A stretch of DNA of 32,000 nt from Corynebacterium glutamicum ATCC 13032 (GCF_000011325.1 NC_003450.3:690001-722000); one strand, 5' to 3'. Shown: positions 18,644 to 28,009, numbered from the stretch's first letter. Notes: generated from the letters alone by a model not told the origin. Translations and numbers: made by a program.

Positions 18644-18685
18644 AAAAAGCCCCGCGTCTTCCTCATGGAGGAGGCGGGGCTTTTT
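18644..18685 (+). terminator. Rho-independent terminator after pyc
   Basis: AAAAAGCCCCGC...GCGGGGCTTTTT. GCCCCGC (18649-18655) pairs with GCGGGGC (18674-18680), and an inner CCTC/GAGG extension adds to the stem. The hairpin is followed by T5. Confidence 0.9.
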
Positions 18686-18811
18686 GGGCCAAGATGGGAG
18701 ATGGGTGAGTTGGATTTGGTCTGATTCGACACTTTTAAGGGCAGAGATTTGAAGATGGAGACCAAGGCTCAAAGGGAATCCATGCCGTCTTGGTTTAATA
18801 CTGCACCCGTC

Positions 18812-18832
18812 TAATGAAAATCATTACTATTA
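18812..18832. promoter_or_regulatory. Fur-family (Zur-type) operator-like box immediately upstream of the Trx-like gene
   Basis: TAATGAAAATCATTACTATTA matches 18/21 of the idealised TAATGAAAATCATTTTCATTA. The left half is perfect, and the core scores 11/14. It ends 6 nt before ATG 18839 and contains a TAnnnT -10-like hexamer (TACTAT). Confidence 0.45.
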
Positions 18833-18838
18833 GGTGTC

Positions 18839-19711
18839 ATGATGGACCATGCACACGATTCCTGCTCACCAACTCTGCGCCGTGATTTGGAGGTCACTGG
18901 CCAGCTCCAACCTGAGAAAGCTGTCGATTTAGCAGCGCCGCACGAAGGGAAGGTTGCCAATATAACGAAGGTGACCTCCTCAAATATGGAGCACACCATC
19001 ACGCAGGCCTCAAAAGCTAAGGAGGTGGTGGTGCTCATTGGTCACTCCCTGCTGCCCACATTTCAGGATTTGGAAAAAGACATTCTGCACTTTCAGGCAG
19101 GTAATAAAGGGCGATTTTCTGTAGCGATTGTTGATCCTGATCGCAGTGCAGATGTGGTTGCCAGATTTAGGCCAAAACAGATTCCGGTGGCATACGTGGT
19201 GAAAGATGGCGCCAGCATTGCGGAGTTCAACTCGCTCAACAAGGAGCCGGTTGCACAATGGCTTGATCATTTTGTGTCGCGGGAAACGATCCCCAATGAA
19301 AAAGAGGGGGACGTCGATAAGCAAATAGACCCGCGCCTGTGGCGGGCAGCGGAATTGGTGAACGCCGGTGATTTTCGCGCGGCGTTGGCGTTGTATGAGC
19401 AGTTGCCGCAGGATGCGACGGTGAAGCGGGCGCACGCGGCGGTGTCGGTATTGGCGCGGATGTCTGTGGCGGATCGGGGAGAGGATCCGATCGAGAAGTC
19501 GCGCCGGGATCCAGACGATGTGAACAAGGCGCTGGCGGCGGCGGATATGTATGTGTTGATGAATCAGCCGGACACAGCGCTCGCGCACCTTGCAGCACTA
19601 TTGCCAAAACCGGAGGCTGCCCGGCGGATCGTGGAGTTGCTGAACTTGTTTGATCCGCTGGACCTGGTCGCATTGGAAATCAGGGCGCAGGTGGGGAATG
19701 CAATGAGCTAA
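18839..19711 (+). CDS. Thioredoxin-fold plus TPR-like protein (YbbN/co-chaperone-like) without a CxxC active site
   Basis: 290 aa. The Trx-like segment (KEVVVLIGHSLLPTFQDL...IPVAYVVKDG) has no cysteines where WCGPC would sit. The C-terminal helical repeats (AAELVNAGDFRAALALYEQL...) are TPR-like. Confidence 0.75.
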   Translation: MMDHAHDSCSPTLRRDLEVTGQLQPEKAVDLAAPHEGKVANITKVTSSNMEHTITQASKAKEVVVLIGHSLLPTFQDLEKDILHFQAGNKGRFSVAIVDPDRSADVVARFRPKQIPVAYVVKDGASIAEFNSLNKEPVAQWLDHFVSRETIPNEKEGDVDKQIDPRLWRAAELVNAGDFRAALALYEQLPQDATVKRAHAAVSVLARMSVADRGEDPIEKSRRDPDDVNKALAAADMYVLMNQPDTALAHLAALLPKPEAARRIVELLNLFDPLDLVALEIRAQVGNAMS

Positions 19712-19792
19712 GAAAACACTTTAAATATTCTAAGAAACAGTTCAAGTTTTGCTGTAGTTTAGATATGACAAGGCAATGACACAAGGAGACAA

Positions 19793-20281
19793 ATGAAGAA
19801 GGCCATGAGAGCTGCGATCGGGCTCGCTGTTTCCACCGCCATGACATTTGGGATAGCTCCGAGCGCACACGCTTTTACCGCACTGTCGAGCAACATTTTT
19901 GCCCCACCAGCTCGCAATACTGAAAATGCGAACGGCGATGTGAGTCAGGTTGAATTAGAAGTATTTGCGCTCGTTAACCAGCATCGAATTGCCCATGGTG
20001 TAGCACCGTTGGCGATGAATGAGTCTCTTAATTCCGGCTCTAAGAGCTGGTCTTATACAATGTCGCGAACCGGAAATTTTGTTCATTCTAGTGGCGGAAA
20101 CTATGGCGAGAATATTTACTGGGCTAGCAATATCCGCCCAGCTTCGCTCATTTTTGAAAGCTGGAAGAACTCACCTGGGCATAACCGGAATATGCTAGAC
20201 ACGCGCTACTCCCAGATTGGTGTCGGAGTTGTCTATGATAGTTCTGGCCAAACGTGGGCGACAACTCAGTTTTATTTTTAG
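19793..20281 (+). CDS. Secreted CAP/SCP/PR-1-like (YkwD-type) domain protein
   Basis: 162 aa with an AAGGAG Shine-Dalgarno and a signal peptide (MKKAMRAAIGLAVSTAMTFGIAPSAHA). CAP motifs are present (HRIAHGVAPL, GENIYW, WKNSPGHNRNML, IGVGV). Confidence 0.85.
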   Translation: MKKAMRAAIGLAVSTAMTFGIAPSAHAFTALSSNIFAPPARNTENANGDVSQVELEVFALVNQHRIAHGVAPLAMNESLNSGSKSWSYTMSRTGNFVHSSGGNYGENIYWASNIRPASLIFESWKNSPGHNRNMLDTRYSQIGVGVVYDSSGQTWATTQFYF

Positions 20282-20516
20282 TGCAAAAAGGGCTTCGAAA
20301 AGTAGTATGACCAGTGCTTTTTGCGGATATGGTCGATGATTGAAGGACATTTTATAGGCTGTCGATTCGGCCCGTTGCCCAAATTTCTAAGCAAGGCAAC
20401 GGAAGGAATCGAATGCGTCTGAGCTTGAGGAAGAGCCCCGGAAATTCCTTCGGGGTCACTGCCTTTACGCTGCCTTTACGAGCGAAGTCACTGTGGAATT
20501 CACGGACTTGAGGAAC

Positions 20517-21605
20517 TCACAAAACCAGTGCCGCCACTTCCGCATCGGTAAGCGTCGCGCCTTGTAGCAGTGCGAGCAAGGTGGGGCCGTCGATGTGGAT
20601 GCCGATCAGGACCAATTCAGTGCCGGGGGTGATCTCTGAATTGGCCCAATAGGCGGCCGGGCGAATGCTCAAATTGGGGCCGGCTTGGTGCCAGACCTGG
20701 ACGATGTTGAGGTGATCAGCGATCCAGCAATAGCCTTTGGAGCGAACGAGTCCAGTGGTGGAACGCAGTACCTGAAGTAGGCGATCCTTGTTGAACGGCC
20801 GGTCAGAGCGGAATACCACGGAACTGATGCCGTATTCCTCGGTTTCGGGAGTGTGCGGGTTTTCGAGTTCTTCCGTGTAGCCCTCGTAGGCGCGGGCGGT
20901 GGCTTCGTCGTAGAGGAAAGCTCCGAGGATGTCGTCGGTGATGGGGGAGCCGTCATTGAGGCCATCGATGAGTAAGTCAATGCGGGCGCGTGGACTCATG
21001 CTGGCGATTAGTGCGCGGGTTTGCTCGAGGACAGTGCGGTCCACCAGGTCGGATTTGGTGATGTAGATGCGGTCGGCGAACTCGATTTGATCGGTGAGTA
21101 GGTCGGCGATGGTGCGTTCATCGTCCTCGGTTGCGCCCATGTCAGCCTCGGTGAGGGAGGTGTTTTTGCGGATGAGGTCGATGAATTGGGTGGCATCGAC
21201 CAGGGTGACCATGGTGTCGATCGGTGCTTTGTCAGCCAGGCGGGTGCCGTCATCCCACTGCCATTCAAATGTGGCGGCTACCGGCATTGGTTCGGAGATA
21301 CCCGTGGATTCGATGACGATGTGGTCGAAGCGGTCGCTGCTGGCGAGTTCGCCGACGGAATCCACGAGGTCTTCGCGCAGGGTGCAGCAGATGCATCCGT
21401 TGGTCAGTTCCACGAAGCGGTCTTCGCCGCGGGTGAGGTGGCCTTCGGATGCGATGAGGGCTGCGTCGATGTTGATTTCTGAAAAATCGTTGACAATGAC
21501 TGCGATTTTCCGGGATCCTCGGTGGTGGAGGATCTGGTTGAGCAATGTGGTTTTTCCGGAGCCGAGAAATCCTGATAGCACGGTGACTGGGGTCGTTGTG
21601 GCCAT
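20517..21605 (-). CDS. COG0523 (CobW/YjiA/YciC-type) metallochaperone GTPase
   Basis: I set the start at ATG 21605 (MATTTPVTVLSGFLGSGKTTLLN), which has an AAGGAGGG Shine-Dalgarno. It has a Walker A motif and the GCICC metal-binding motif. The longer track ORF (to 21659) would run through the operator boxes. Confidence 0.9.
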   Translation of the reverse strand: MATTTPVTVLSGFLGSGKTTLLNQILHHRGSRKIAVIVNDFSEINIDAALIASEGHLTRGEDRFVELTNGCICCTLREDLVDSVGELASSDRFDHIVIESTGISEPMPVAATFEWQWDDGTRLADKAPIDTMVTLVDATQFIDLIRKNTSLTEADMGATEDDERTIADLLTDQIEFADRIYITKSDLVDRTVLEQTRALIASMSPRARIDLLIDGLNDGSPITDDILGAFLYDEATARAYEGYTEELENPHTPETEEYGISSVVFRSDRPFNKDRLLQVLRSTTGLVRSKGYCWIADHLNIVQVWHQAGPNLSIRPAAYWANSEITPGTELVLIGIHIDGPTLLALLQGATLTDAEVAALVL

Positions 21606-21618
21606 GTGAAAGCCCTCC

Positions 21619-21639
21619 TTTTGGGAATCATTTTCAATA
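21619..21639. promoter_or_regulatory. Zur-type operator box 1 (abuts the GTPase RBS)
   Basis: TTTTGGGAATCATTTTCAATA. The core TGGGAAT-C-ATTTTCA matches 12/14 positions of TGAAAAT-N-ATTTTCA. It lies between a COG0523 gene and its divergent partner, a classic Zur target context. Confidence 0.7.
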
Positions 21640-21663
21640 GAGTCGACGCAAGTGTACACTTCT

Positions 21664-21684
21664 TAATGGAAATTGTTTTCAATA
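21664..21684. promoter_or_regulatory. Zur-type operator box 2 (oxidoreductase promoter side)
   Basis: TAATGGAAATTGTTTTCAATA. The core TGGAAAT-T-GTTTTCA matches 12/14. It lies 40 nt upstream of ATG 21724. Confidence 0.7.
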
Positions 21685-21723
21685 AAGTCAAGTTTTTTGA
21701 CCTTCGCTTTTTAGGAGCACCCC

Positions 21724-22650
21724 ATGTCATCTCATGATCTCGTTGACGTAGTTGTCGTCGGCGCCGGCGCTGCAGGTCTCGCCGCCGCTGTCGCGCTCGG
21801 CCGCTCACTGCGCAGTGTCATCGTCATCGACGCTGGTCAACCCCGTAACAGCTATGCGCACGCTGCTCACAATGTCCTCGGCCAGGAAGGCATTGCGCCC
21901 GCCGAGCTGCTGGAAAAAGGCCGCGCCGAAGCGCGTTCCTATGGCGTCACCATTGCGCCCGGGCGCGTAGCAAAAGTTGAGCGCACCGGTTCCACCTTCG
22001 CCATAACGCTTGACGACGCCTCCCTCCTTCACTCTCGGCGCATCATTTTGGCCCACGGCGCCGTTGACGATCTGCCAGAGGTAGAAGGACTGTCAGATTT
22101 TTGGGGAACCAAAGTGTTGCACTGCGCTTACTGCCACGGCTTTGAGGCCCGCGATTCTGAAATCGTCGTGGTGGGTACCTCGCCCATGGCTGCGCACCAA
22201 GCGTTGATGTTCTCGCAGTTGTCCAAAACTGTCAGCTTGGTGGGCACGATCGACATTGATGAACAAACCAGCGAGAGCCTAGATAGTGCTGGAGTAAAAG
22301 TGTTGGGCACCAATGCGGTGCGCGTATCCGCCGAAGGTGATGGCCTGTCTGTGGAACTGTCCGAAGGCGATCATTTAAGCTGCGACAACATCGTGGTGGC
22401 ATCTCGTCCACTGGTGGATGGCACGCTGTACACCCAACTTGGTGGTCAGATGGAAGAAAACCCGATGGGCAGGTTCATTCCAGGTACCCAAACCGGGCGC
22501 ACTCCTATTGAAGGTGTGTGGGCTGCCGGAAACGCGCAAGCTCCCATGGCGATGGTCTATGGTTCCGCTGCTCAAGGCGTGATGGCTGGAGCAGAGATCA
22601 ACTTTGATCTGATCCTGGAAGATATTTCCGTGGCAAGCGCGCAGAGCTAA
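21724..22650 (+). CDS. FAD-dependent pyridine nucleotide-disulfide oxidoreductase (thioredoxin reductase-like)
   Basis: 308 aa with an AGGAG Shine-Dalgarno. It has the FAD fold VVVVGAGAAGLAAA, the redox motif CAYC (HCAYCHG) and a C-terminal GVWAAGN. Confidence 0.88.
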   Translation: MSSHDLVDVVVVGAGAAGLAAAVALGRSLRSVIVIDAGQPRNSYAHAAHNVLGQEGIAPAELLEKGRAEARSYGVTIAPGRVAKVERTGSTFAITLDDASLLHSRRIILAHGAVDDLPEVEGLSDFWGTKVLHCAYCHGFEARDSEIVVVGTSPMAAHQALMFSQLSKTVSLVGTIDIDEQTSESLDSAGVKVLGTNAVRVSAEGDGLSVELSEGDHLSCDNIVVASRPLVDGTLYTQLGGQMEENPMGRFIPGTQTGRTPIEGVWAAGNAQAPMAMVYGSAAQGVMAGAEINFDLILEDISVASAQS

Positions 22651-22737
22651 ACTGCGTGAGGTTGTGGCCTGTCACACATAATCGGCCTAGGGTGGGACTT
22701 TAAGGAAACAGTGCACAAATAAATCTCAAGGAGCCCC

Positions 22738-24234
22738 ATGCGCATCCACGATGTTTATACCCACCTTTCGGCCGATAACTTTCCCAAAGCAGAGCACCTT
22801 GCGTGGAAATTCTCCGAGCTTGCCACCGACCCCGTGGAGGTGACACCGGATGTTTCGGAGATGATCATCAACCGGATCATCGACAACGCGGCGGTGTCTG
22901 CCGCGTCGGTGTTGCGCCGGCCTGTGACTGTGGCCAGGCAACAAGCGCAGTCCCATCCGCGGGAAAAGGGCGGAAAAGTTTTTGGAATTTCAGGCAGCTA
23001 CTCACCAGAGTGGGCTGCCTTTGCTAATGGTGTGGCCGTACGTGAATTGGACTTCCACGATACATTTTTAGCAGCTGAATACTCCCATCCCGGCGACAAT
23101 ATTCCACCACTTCTTGCAGTAGCGCAGGCTCAGAGAAGCAGCGGCAGGGATCTCATTCGGGGTATCGCCACTGCCTATGAGGTGCAGGTGGAATTGGTGA
23201 GGGGGATCTGCTTGCATGAGCACAAAATTGATCACGTAGCCCACCTTGGTCCCAGCGCTGCAGCGGGTTTGGGCACGTTGTTGCATGTAGATGAGGAAAC
23301 CATCTACCAGGCGATCGGCCAGGCATTGCACACCACGACGGCTACGAGGCAGTCGCGAAAAGGTGAGATTTCCAGCTGGAAGGCGTTCGCGCCAGCGTTT
23401 GCGGGAAAGATGGCCATTGAGGCGATGGATCGTGCGATGCGTGGGGAGGGTTCGCCCGCACCGATTTGGGAGGGCGAAGACGGGGTCATCGCGTGGCTGT
23501 TATCGGGCAAAGATCATGTTTATCATGTGCCATTGCCGGAACACGGCGAGCCCAAGCTGGGGATTCTAGAGACTTACACAAAGGAACATTCAGCGGAATA
23601 TCAATCGCAGGCACCGATTGATCTGGCGCGCAGGATGAAGCCACTGGTTGACGCGGCTGGCGGAACGGAACACATTGCAGAGATTGTGCTGCGCACCAGT
23701 CACCACACGCATTATGTGATTGGCACTGGGGCGAACGATCCGCAGAAGATGGATCCGCAGGCCTCGCGTGAAACCCTGGATCATTCCATCATGTACATTT
23801 TCGCCGTCGCGCTTCAAGATGGCGTGTGGCACCACGAGTTTTCCTACACCCGCAAGCGTTCCACCCGCCCGGAAACTGTGGAGCTGTGGCACAAGATTCG
23901 CACCGTGGAGGATCCTGAATGGACGCGCCGATACCATTCTGATGATCCTGCAAAAAAGGCCTTTGGTGCGAAAGCAGTGATCACAATGGCTGATGGCACC
24001 GTGATTGAGGATGAATTGGCTGTCGCGGATGCCCACCCGCTGGGTGCTCGGCCGTTTGCGCGGGAGAATTACATTGAAAAATTCCGCACACTCGCGCAGG
24101 GGATTGTCATTGATTCAGAACAGGAACGCTTCTTGCATGCCGTGCAAAGCCTGCCTGACCTGGATGATCTTGATCAGCTCAACATCGAAGTCGACATAAG
24201 CAACCAGGCCGCGACGAAAGCGGGGCTGTTATGA
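22738..24234 (+). CDS. prpD: 2-methylcitrate dehydratase (MmgE/PrpD family)
   Basis: 498 aa with an AAGGAG Shine-Dalgarno and PrpD-family similarity throughout. It is followed by prpB and prpC with overlapping junctions. It is probably the prpD1 paralogue, given the adjacent prpR. Confidence 0.92.
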
Positions 24235-25148
24235 ATCTCTTTTCGAATGGTGTTGATGTGGGGAGGCGTCGACAAGCATTTAAAGCGGCACTCGCCGCAC
24301 CCCACATCGCCCGGCTGCCCGGCGCATTCTCCCCTCTGATTGCGCGCTCCATCGAAGAAGCCGGCTTCGAAGGCGTCTACGTTTCCGGCGCCGTCATAGC
24401 TGCTGACCTGGCACTACCCGATATCGGCTTGACGACGCTGACCGAAGTCGCCCACCGCGCGCGGCAAATTGCGCGCGTCACAGACCTAGGAGTGCTTGTC
24501 GACGCCGACACCGGCTTTGGCGAACCCATGTCGGCCGCACGCACCGTCGCCGAATTGGAGGACGCCGGTGTGGCCGGATGCCACCTTGAAGACCAAGTCA
24601 ACCCCAAACGTTGCGGGCACTTGGACGGCAAAGAAGTCGTGCGCACAGACGTGATGGTTCGACGCATCGCAGCCGCCGTCTCGGCCCGGCGCGACCCGAA
24701 CTTTGTCATCTGCGCCCGCACCGACGCCGCTGGAGTGGAAGGAATCGACGCCGCCATTGAGCGCGCGAAAGCCTACTTAGATGCGGGCGCCGACATGATT
24801 TTCACCGAAGCCCTCCACAGCGAAGCCGACTTCCGATACTTCCGGCACGCCATCCCTGATGCCTTGTTGCTGGCGAATATGACCGAATTTGGCAAAACGA
24901 CGCTGCTGTCAGCCGACGTGTTGGAAGAGATTGGCTACAACGCCGTGATCTACCCCGTGACCACGCTGCGTATTGCCATGGGACAAGTAGAACAAGCACT
25001 AGCCGAAATCAAAGAACACGGTACCCAAGAAGGATGGCTGGACCGCATGCAACACCGCAGCAGATTATATGAGCTCCTGCGATACGAAGACTACAACGTC
25101 TTTGACCAGCACATTTTCACCTACAGAAAAGGAGAAAACAATGAGTGA
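24231..25148 (+). CDS. prpB: 2-methylisocitrate lyase
   Basis: 305 aa of the isocitrate lyase/PEP mutase family with the KRCGH catalytic loop ([12 protein letters not shown]). It overlaps prpD by ATGA. Confidence 0.92.
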
Positions 25149-26286
25149 CAGCCAAGTCCGCAAAGGACTCAACGGCGTCATCTCTGACTACACAAGCATT
25201 TCCAAAGTGATGCCAGAGAGCAACTCGCTGACTTACCGTGGCTACGCCGTGGAGGATTTGGTGGAAAACTGCAGCTTTGAAGAAGTGATCTACCTCCTGT
25301 GGTTTGGGGAGCTGCCCACCACTGAACAACTCCGGACCTTCAACACGACAGGTCGAAGCTACCGCTCACTCGACGCCGGACTGATTTCCCTCATCCACTC
25401 CTTACCCAACACCTGCCACCCCATGGACGTGCTGCGCACCGCAGTGTCCTACATGGGTACCTTTGATCCCGATCCGTTTACCCGCGATGCCGATCATATC
25501 CGAAGCATTGGACACAACCTGCTTGCGCAGCTTCCCATGGTGGTTGCCATGGATATCCGCAGGCGAAGTGGGGAAGAGATCATCGCACCTGACCACAACA
25601 AAGGTATCGCTTCGAATTTCTTATCCATGGTGTTTGGCAATGATGATGGTTCTGTAGCCAACTCCGCAGATGACATCCGCGATTTTGAACGCTCCCTCAT
25701 CCTCTACGCCGAGCACTCCTTCAACGCCTCCACATTCTCAGCCCGCGTGATCTCATCAACGCGATCCGATACGTATTCGGCGATCACAGGTGCGATCGGT
25801 GCTCTCAAAGGCCCACTGCACGGAGGTGCCAATGAGTTTGTCATGCACACCATGCTGGATATCGACGATCCCAACAATGCTGCCGACTGGATGGGCAAGG
25901 CGTTGGATCGTAAAGAACGCATCATGGGATTCGGGCACCGCGTGTACAAAAACGGCGACTCCAGGGTCCCCTCCATGGAGAAATCCATGCGCTCCCTTGC
26001 TGCTCGTCACCGTGGTCAAAAATGGGTGCACATGTATGAGTCGATGCAAGAAGTCATGGAGGCTCGCACTGGCATTAAACCCAACCTCGACTTCCCGGCC
26101 GGCCCTGCCTATTACATGCTGGGATTCCCCGTCGACTTCTTCACACCACTGTTTGTGCTGGCCCGAGTGTCAGGGTGGACGGCACACATCGTGGAGCAAT
26201 TTGAAAACAATGCGCTGATCCGACCATTGTCTGCCTACAACGGAGTGGAAGAAAGGGAGGTGGTGCCCATTTCGGAGAGAACCTAA
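25141..26286 (+). CDS. prpC: 2-methylcitrate synthase
   Basis: I set the start at ATG 25141 ([13 protein letters not shown]) behind AAAAGGAG, overlapping the prpB end by 8 nt. This gives 381 aa. Citrate-synthase motifs are present (GPLHGGANE, GFGHRVYK). Confidence 0.92.
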   Translation: MSDSQVRKGLNGVISDYTSISKVMPESNSLTYRGYAVEDLVENCSFEEVIYLLWFGELPTTEQLRTFNTTGRSYRSLDAGLISLIHSLPNTCHPMDVLRTAVSYMGTFDPDPFTRDADHIRSIGHNLLAQLPMVVAMDIRRRSGEEIIAPDHNKGIASNFLSMVFGNDDGSVANSADDIRDFERSLILYAEHSFNASTFSARVISSTRSDTYSAITGAIGALKGPLHGGANEFVMHTMLDIDDPNNAADWMGKALDRKERIMGFGHRVYKNGDSRVPSMEKSMRSLAARHRGQKWVHMYESMQEVMEARTGIKPNLDFPAGPAYYMLGFPVDFFTPLFVLARVSGWTAHIVEQFENNALIRPLSAYNGVEEREVVPISERT

Positions 26287-26660
26287 TCAGTGAGGCTGAT
26301 TTCTAAATAGCCTTGTGCCCATCTGGTGATGGTGTCGCGGCCCTCCGCCACAGCATCGCCGATGGTTTTCGGAGCGAGCACTGGATCATTGGGCAATTGG
26401 GTGGCGGGATCACCTGCGGGCACGACCTCGAGTGTGCGCTGCTTGGGATCAAGGCGTGCCAGTGCCAGTAGTTCAACACTGGTCTGCTCGCAGATAGCCC
26501 AGGTGTATTCGGTGTCCTCGTGCCAGGCTGTGGTGGCGTCCGCGATGAACTGTGCTGCATCGGCAAGGATCAGTGAGAGCGCCGGGACATCATCAATCCG
26601 ATTATCTGAGGTGAGCTTGCGGGCGTAGAAACGACCGCCGTTTAGTTCCATGGGTTCCAT
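26283..26660 (-). CDS. Hypothetical protein (weak GNAT/RimJ-like N-terminal pattern), downstream of prpR
   Basis: The track ORF runs to 26780 but would overlap the prpR 3' end. The first ATG after the prpR stop is 26660 (MEPMELNGGRFYARKL), with an alternative at 26651. This gives 125 aa. Function is not established. Confidence 0.55.
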   Translation of the reverse strand: MEPMELNGGRFYARKLTSDNRIDDVPALSLILADAAQFIADATTAWHEDTEYTWAICEQTSVELLALARLDPKQRTLEVVPAGDPATQLPNDPVLAPKTIGDAVAEGRDTITRWAQGYLEISLTD

Positions 26661-26683
26661 AGTGTTTTTTAAGTGCTGCCTTT

Positions 26684-28009
26684 TTAGTTGAGGAGTTGGA
26701 CAGGGGCTGGGCGGATAGATTCTTGACCCGATGGTGGGAATGCACGCTGCACACAGTTCTCCCGAGGACAGATCCGACAACCAGGGCCGATCTCTGCGGC
26801 GGACTCGGGATCCAAATTAAGGCCTTGGGAATACACCAAGCCTGGTGCCTCGCTGATATCGCAGCCCAGGCCGATGGCGAATTCCGCAGCAGGATACCCG
26901 AAACCATGAGTTCGACCTTTCACCGCGCGTGCGAGCCACAAATAGGTCCGGCCATCCGGCATGCGAGCAACCTGGCGGGTGATGTTTCCCTGACGTTCAA
27001 AAGCACGATGCAGCGCCCACAAAGGACAAGTGCCGTCTGTTCGCGAGAAGTGGAACGTAGCTGCAGATTGCCGCTTGGAGATATTTCCTGCACGATCCGA
27101 GCGCACAAAGAAAAACGGCACCCCTGACGCCCCCGAACGCTGCAGAGTAGACAGGCGGTGGCATGCAGACTCGAAAGACACTCCAAACGCCTCAGAGATC
27201 AACTCGATGTCATAGTGCTTATCCTGGGCGAATTCCAAAAAGCGGGTGTACGGCATGACAACAGCAGCCGCGAAATATTGGGAGAGACCCACCTTAGCCA
27301 GGCGGATAGCTGCCTCAGAAGGGAGATCCGGTTGATCTGTGGTCAGGGTATCCAAGAGCTCTGCATGAGCAAGAAACGTCAATTCCTCCGCCAACTGGAA
27401 ACACTGCTGCGCCTCGCTGAGATCTTGCCGCAGCAGAATCTGACGCGATTGGGGATCAAAGTGCCTCCGGCCAGTAATATCCGGCGCCCGGAAACGCACC
27501 GTGATGTTGTACTCCGCATCAAGCAACTGCGCGAGCCTAGTAACCCGAAGTCCCGGCTGACCAATGGCAGTTGCCAACTCCTCTCCAAGGCGATCGAGCG
27601 AATCAATGTAGTTTTTGTGGGTGGCAAAATAATCCCGAACAAAATCATGCGCAGAACTATGCGTGGGATCAACCTCAGCAGGCTGGATAATATGCTGCGC
27701 TAACTGAGGGAAACGATCCGCGAAATCTAAAAGATCATCCATCGACATCGTCGGACCCTGATTCATCGCCAAGGTTTCAGCCAGTCGGGTAGCAGTGGCC
27801 GTACCCCGGTCAGGGGAGAAGTAACTGGCCTCAACATCGAACACTTTCATCAGCTGCAGAAGCACCGTGGCAGTGAGTGGCCGTCCGTCATTTTCCAACT
27901 GGTTGAGATAGCTGGTGGAGAGATCAAGCTTGTCGGCCAATGCTGATTGGGTGAGCTGATGGGTTCGGCGCAGTGCATTGATCCTTGCCCCCGCGTAAAG
28001 CTTCGACAT
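26684..28009 (-). CDS. prpR: Short-chain fatty acyl-CoA regulator family transcription factor (XRE HTH + RamB/PrpR-type domain)
   Basis: 441 aa with a GGGAGG Shine-Dalgarno. The N-terminal HTH reads LTQSALADKLDLSTSYLNQLEND. The large C-terminal domain has Cys-rich elements (CPLWAL, GLGCD, GCRICPRENC). The position next to prpDBC matches the C. glutamicum PrpR that I recall. Confidence 0.88.
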   Translation of the reverse strand: MSKLYAGARINALRRTHQLTQSALADKLDLSTSYLNQLENDGRPLTATVLLQLMKVFDVEASYFSPDRGTATATRLAETLAMNQGPTMSMDDLLDFADRFPQLAQHIIQPAEVDPTHSSAHDFVRDYFATHKNYIDSLDRLGEELATAIGQPGLRVTRLAQLLDAEYNITVRFRAPDITGRRHFDPQSRQILLRQDLSEAQQCFQLAEELTFLAHAELLDTLTTDQPDLPSEAAIRLAKVGLSQYFAAAVVMPYTRFLEFAQDKHYDIELISEAFGVSFESACHRLSTLQRSGASGVPFFFVRSDRAGNISKRQSAATFHFSRTDGTCPLWALHRAFERQGNITRQVARMPDGRTYLWLARAVKGRTHGFGYPAAEFAIGLGCDISEAPGLVYSQGLNLDPESAAEIGPGCRICPRENCVQRAFPPSGQESIRPAPVQLLN

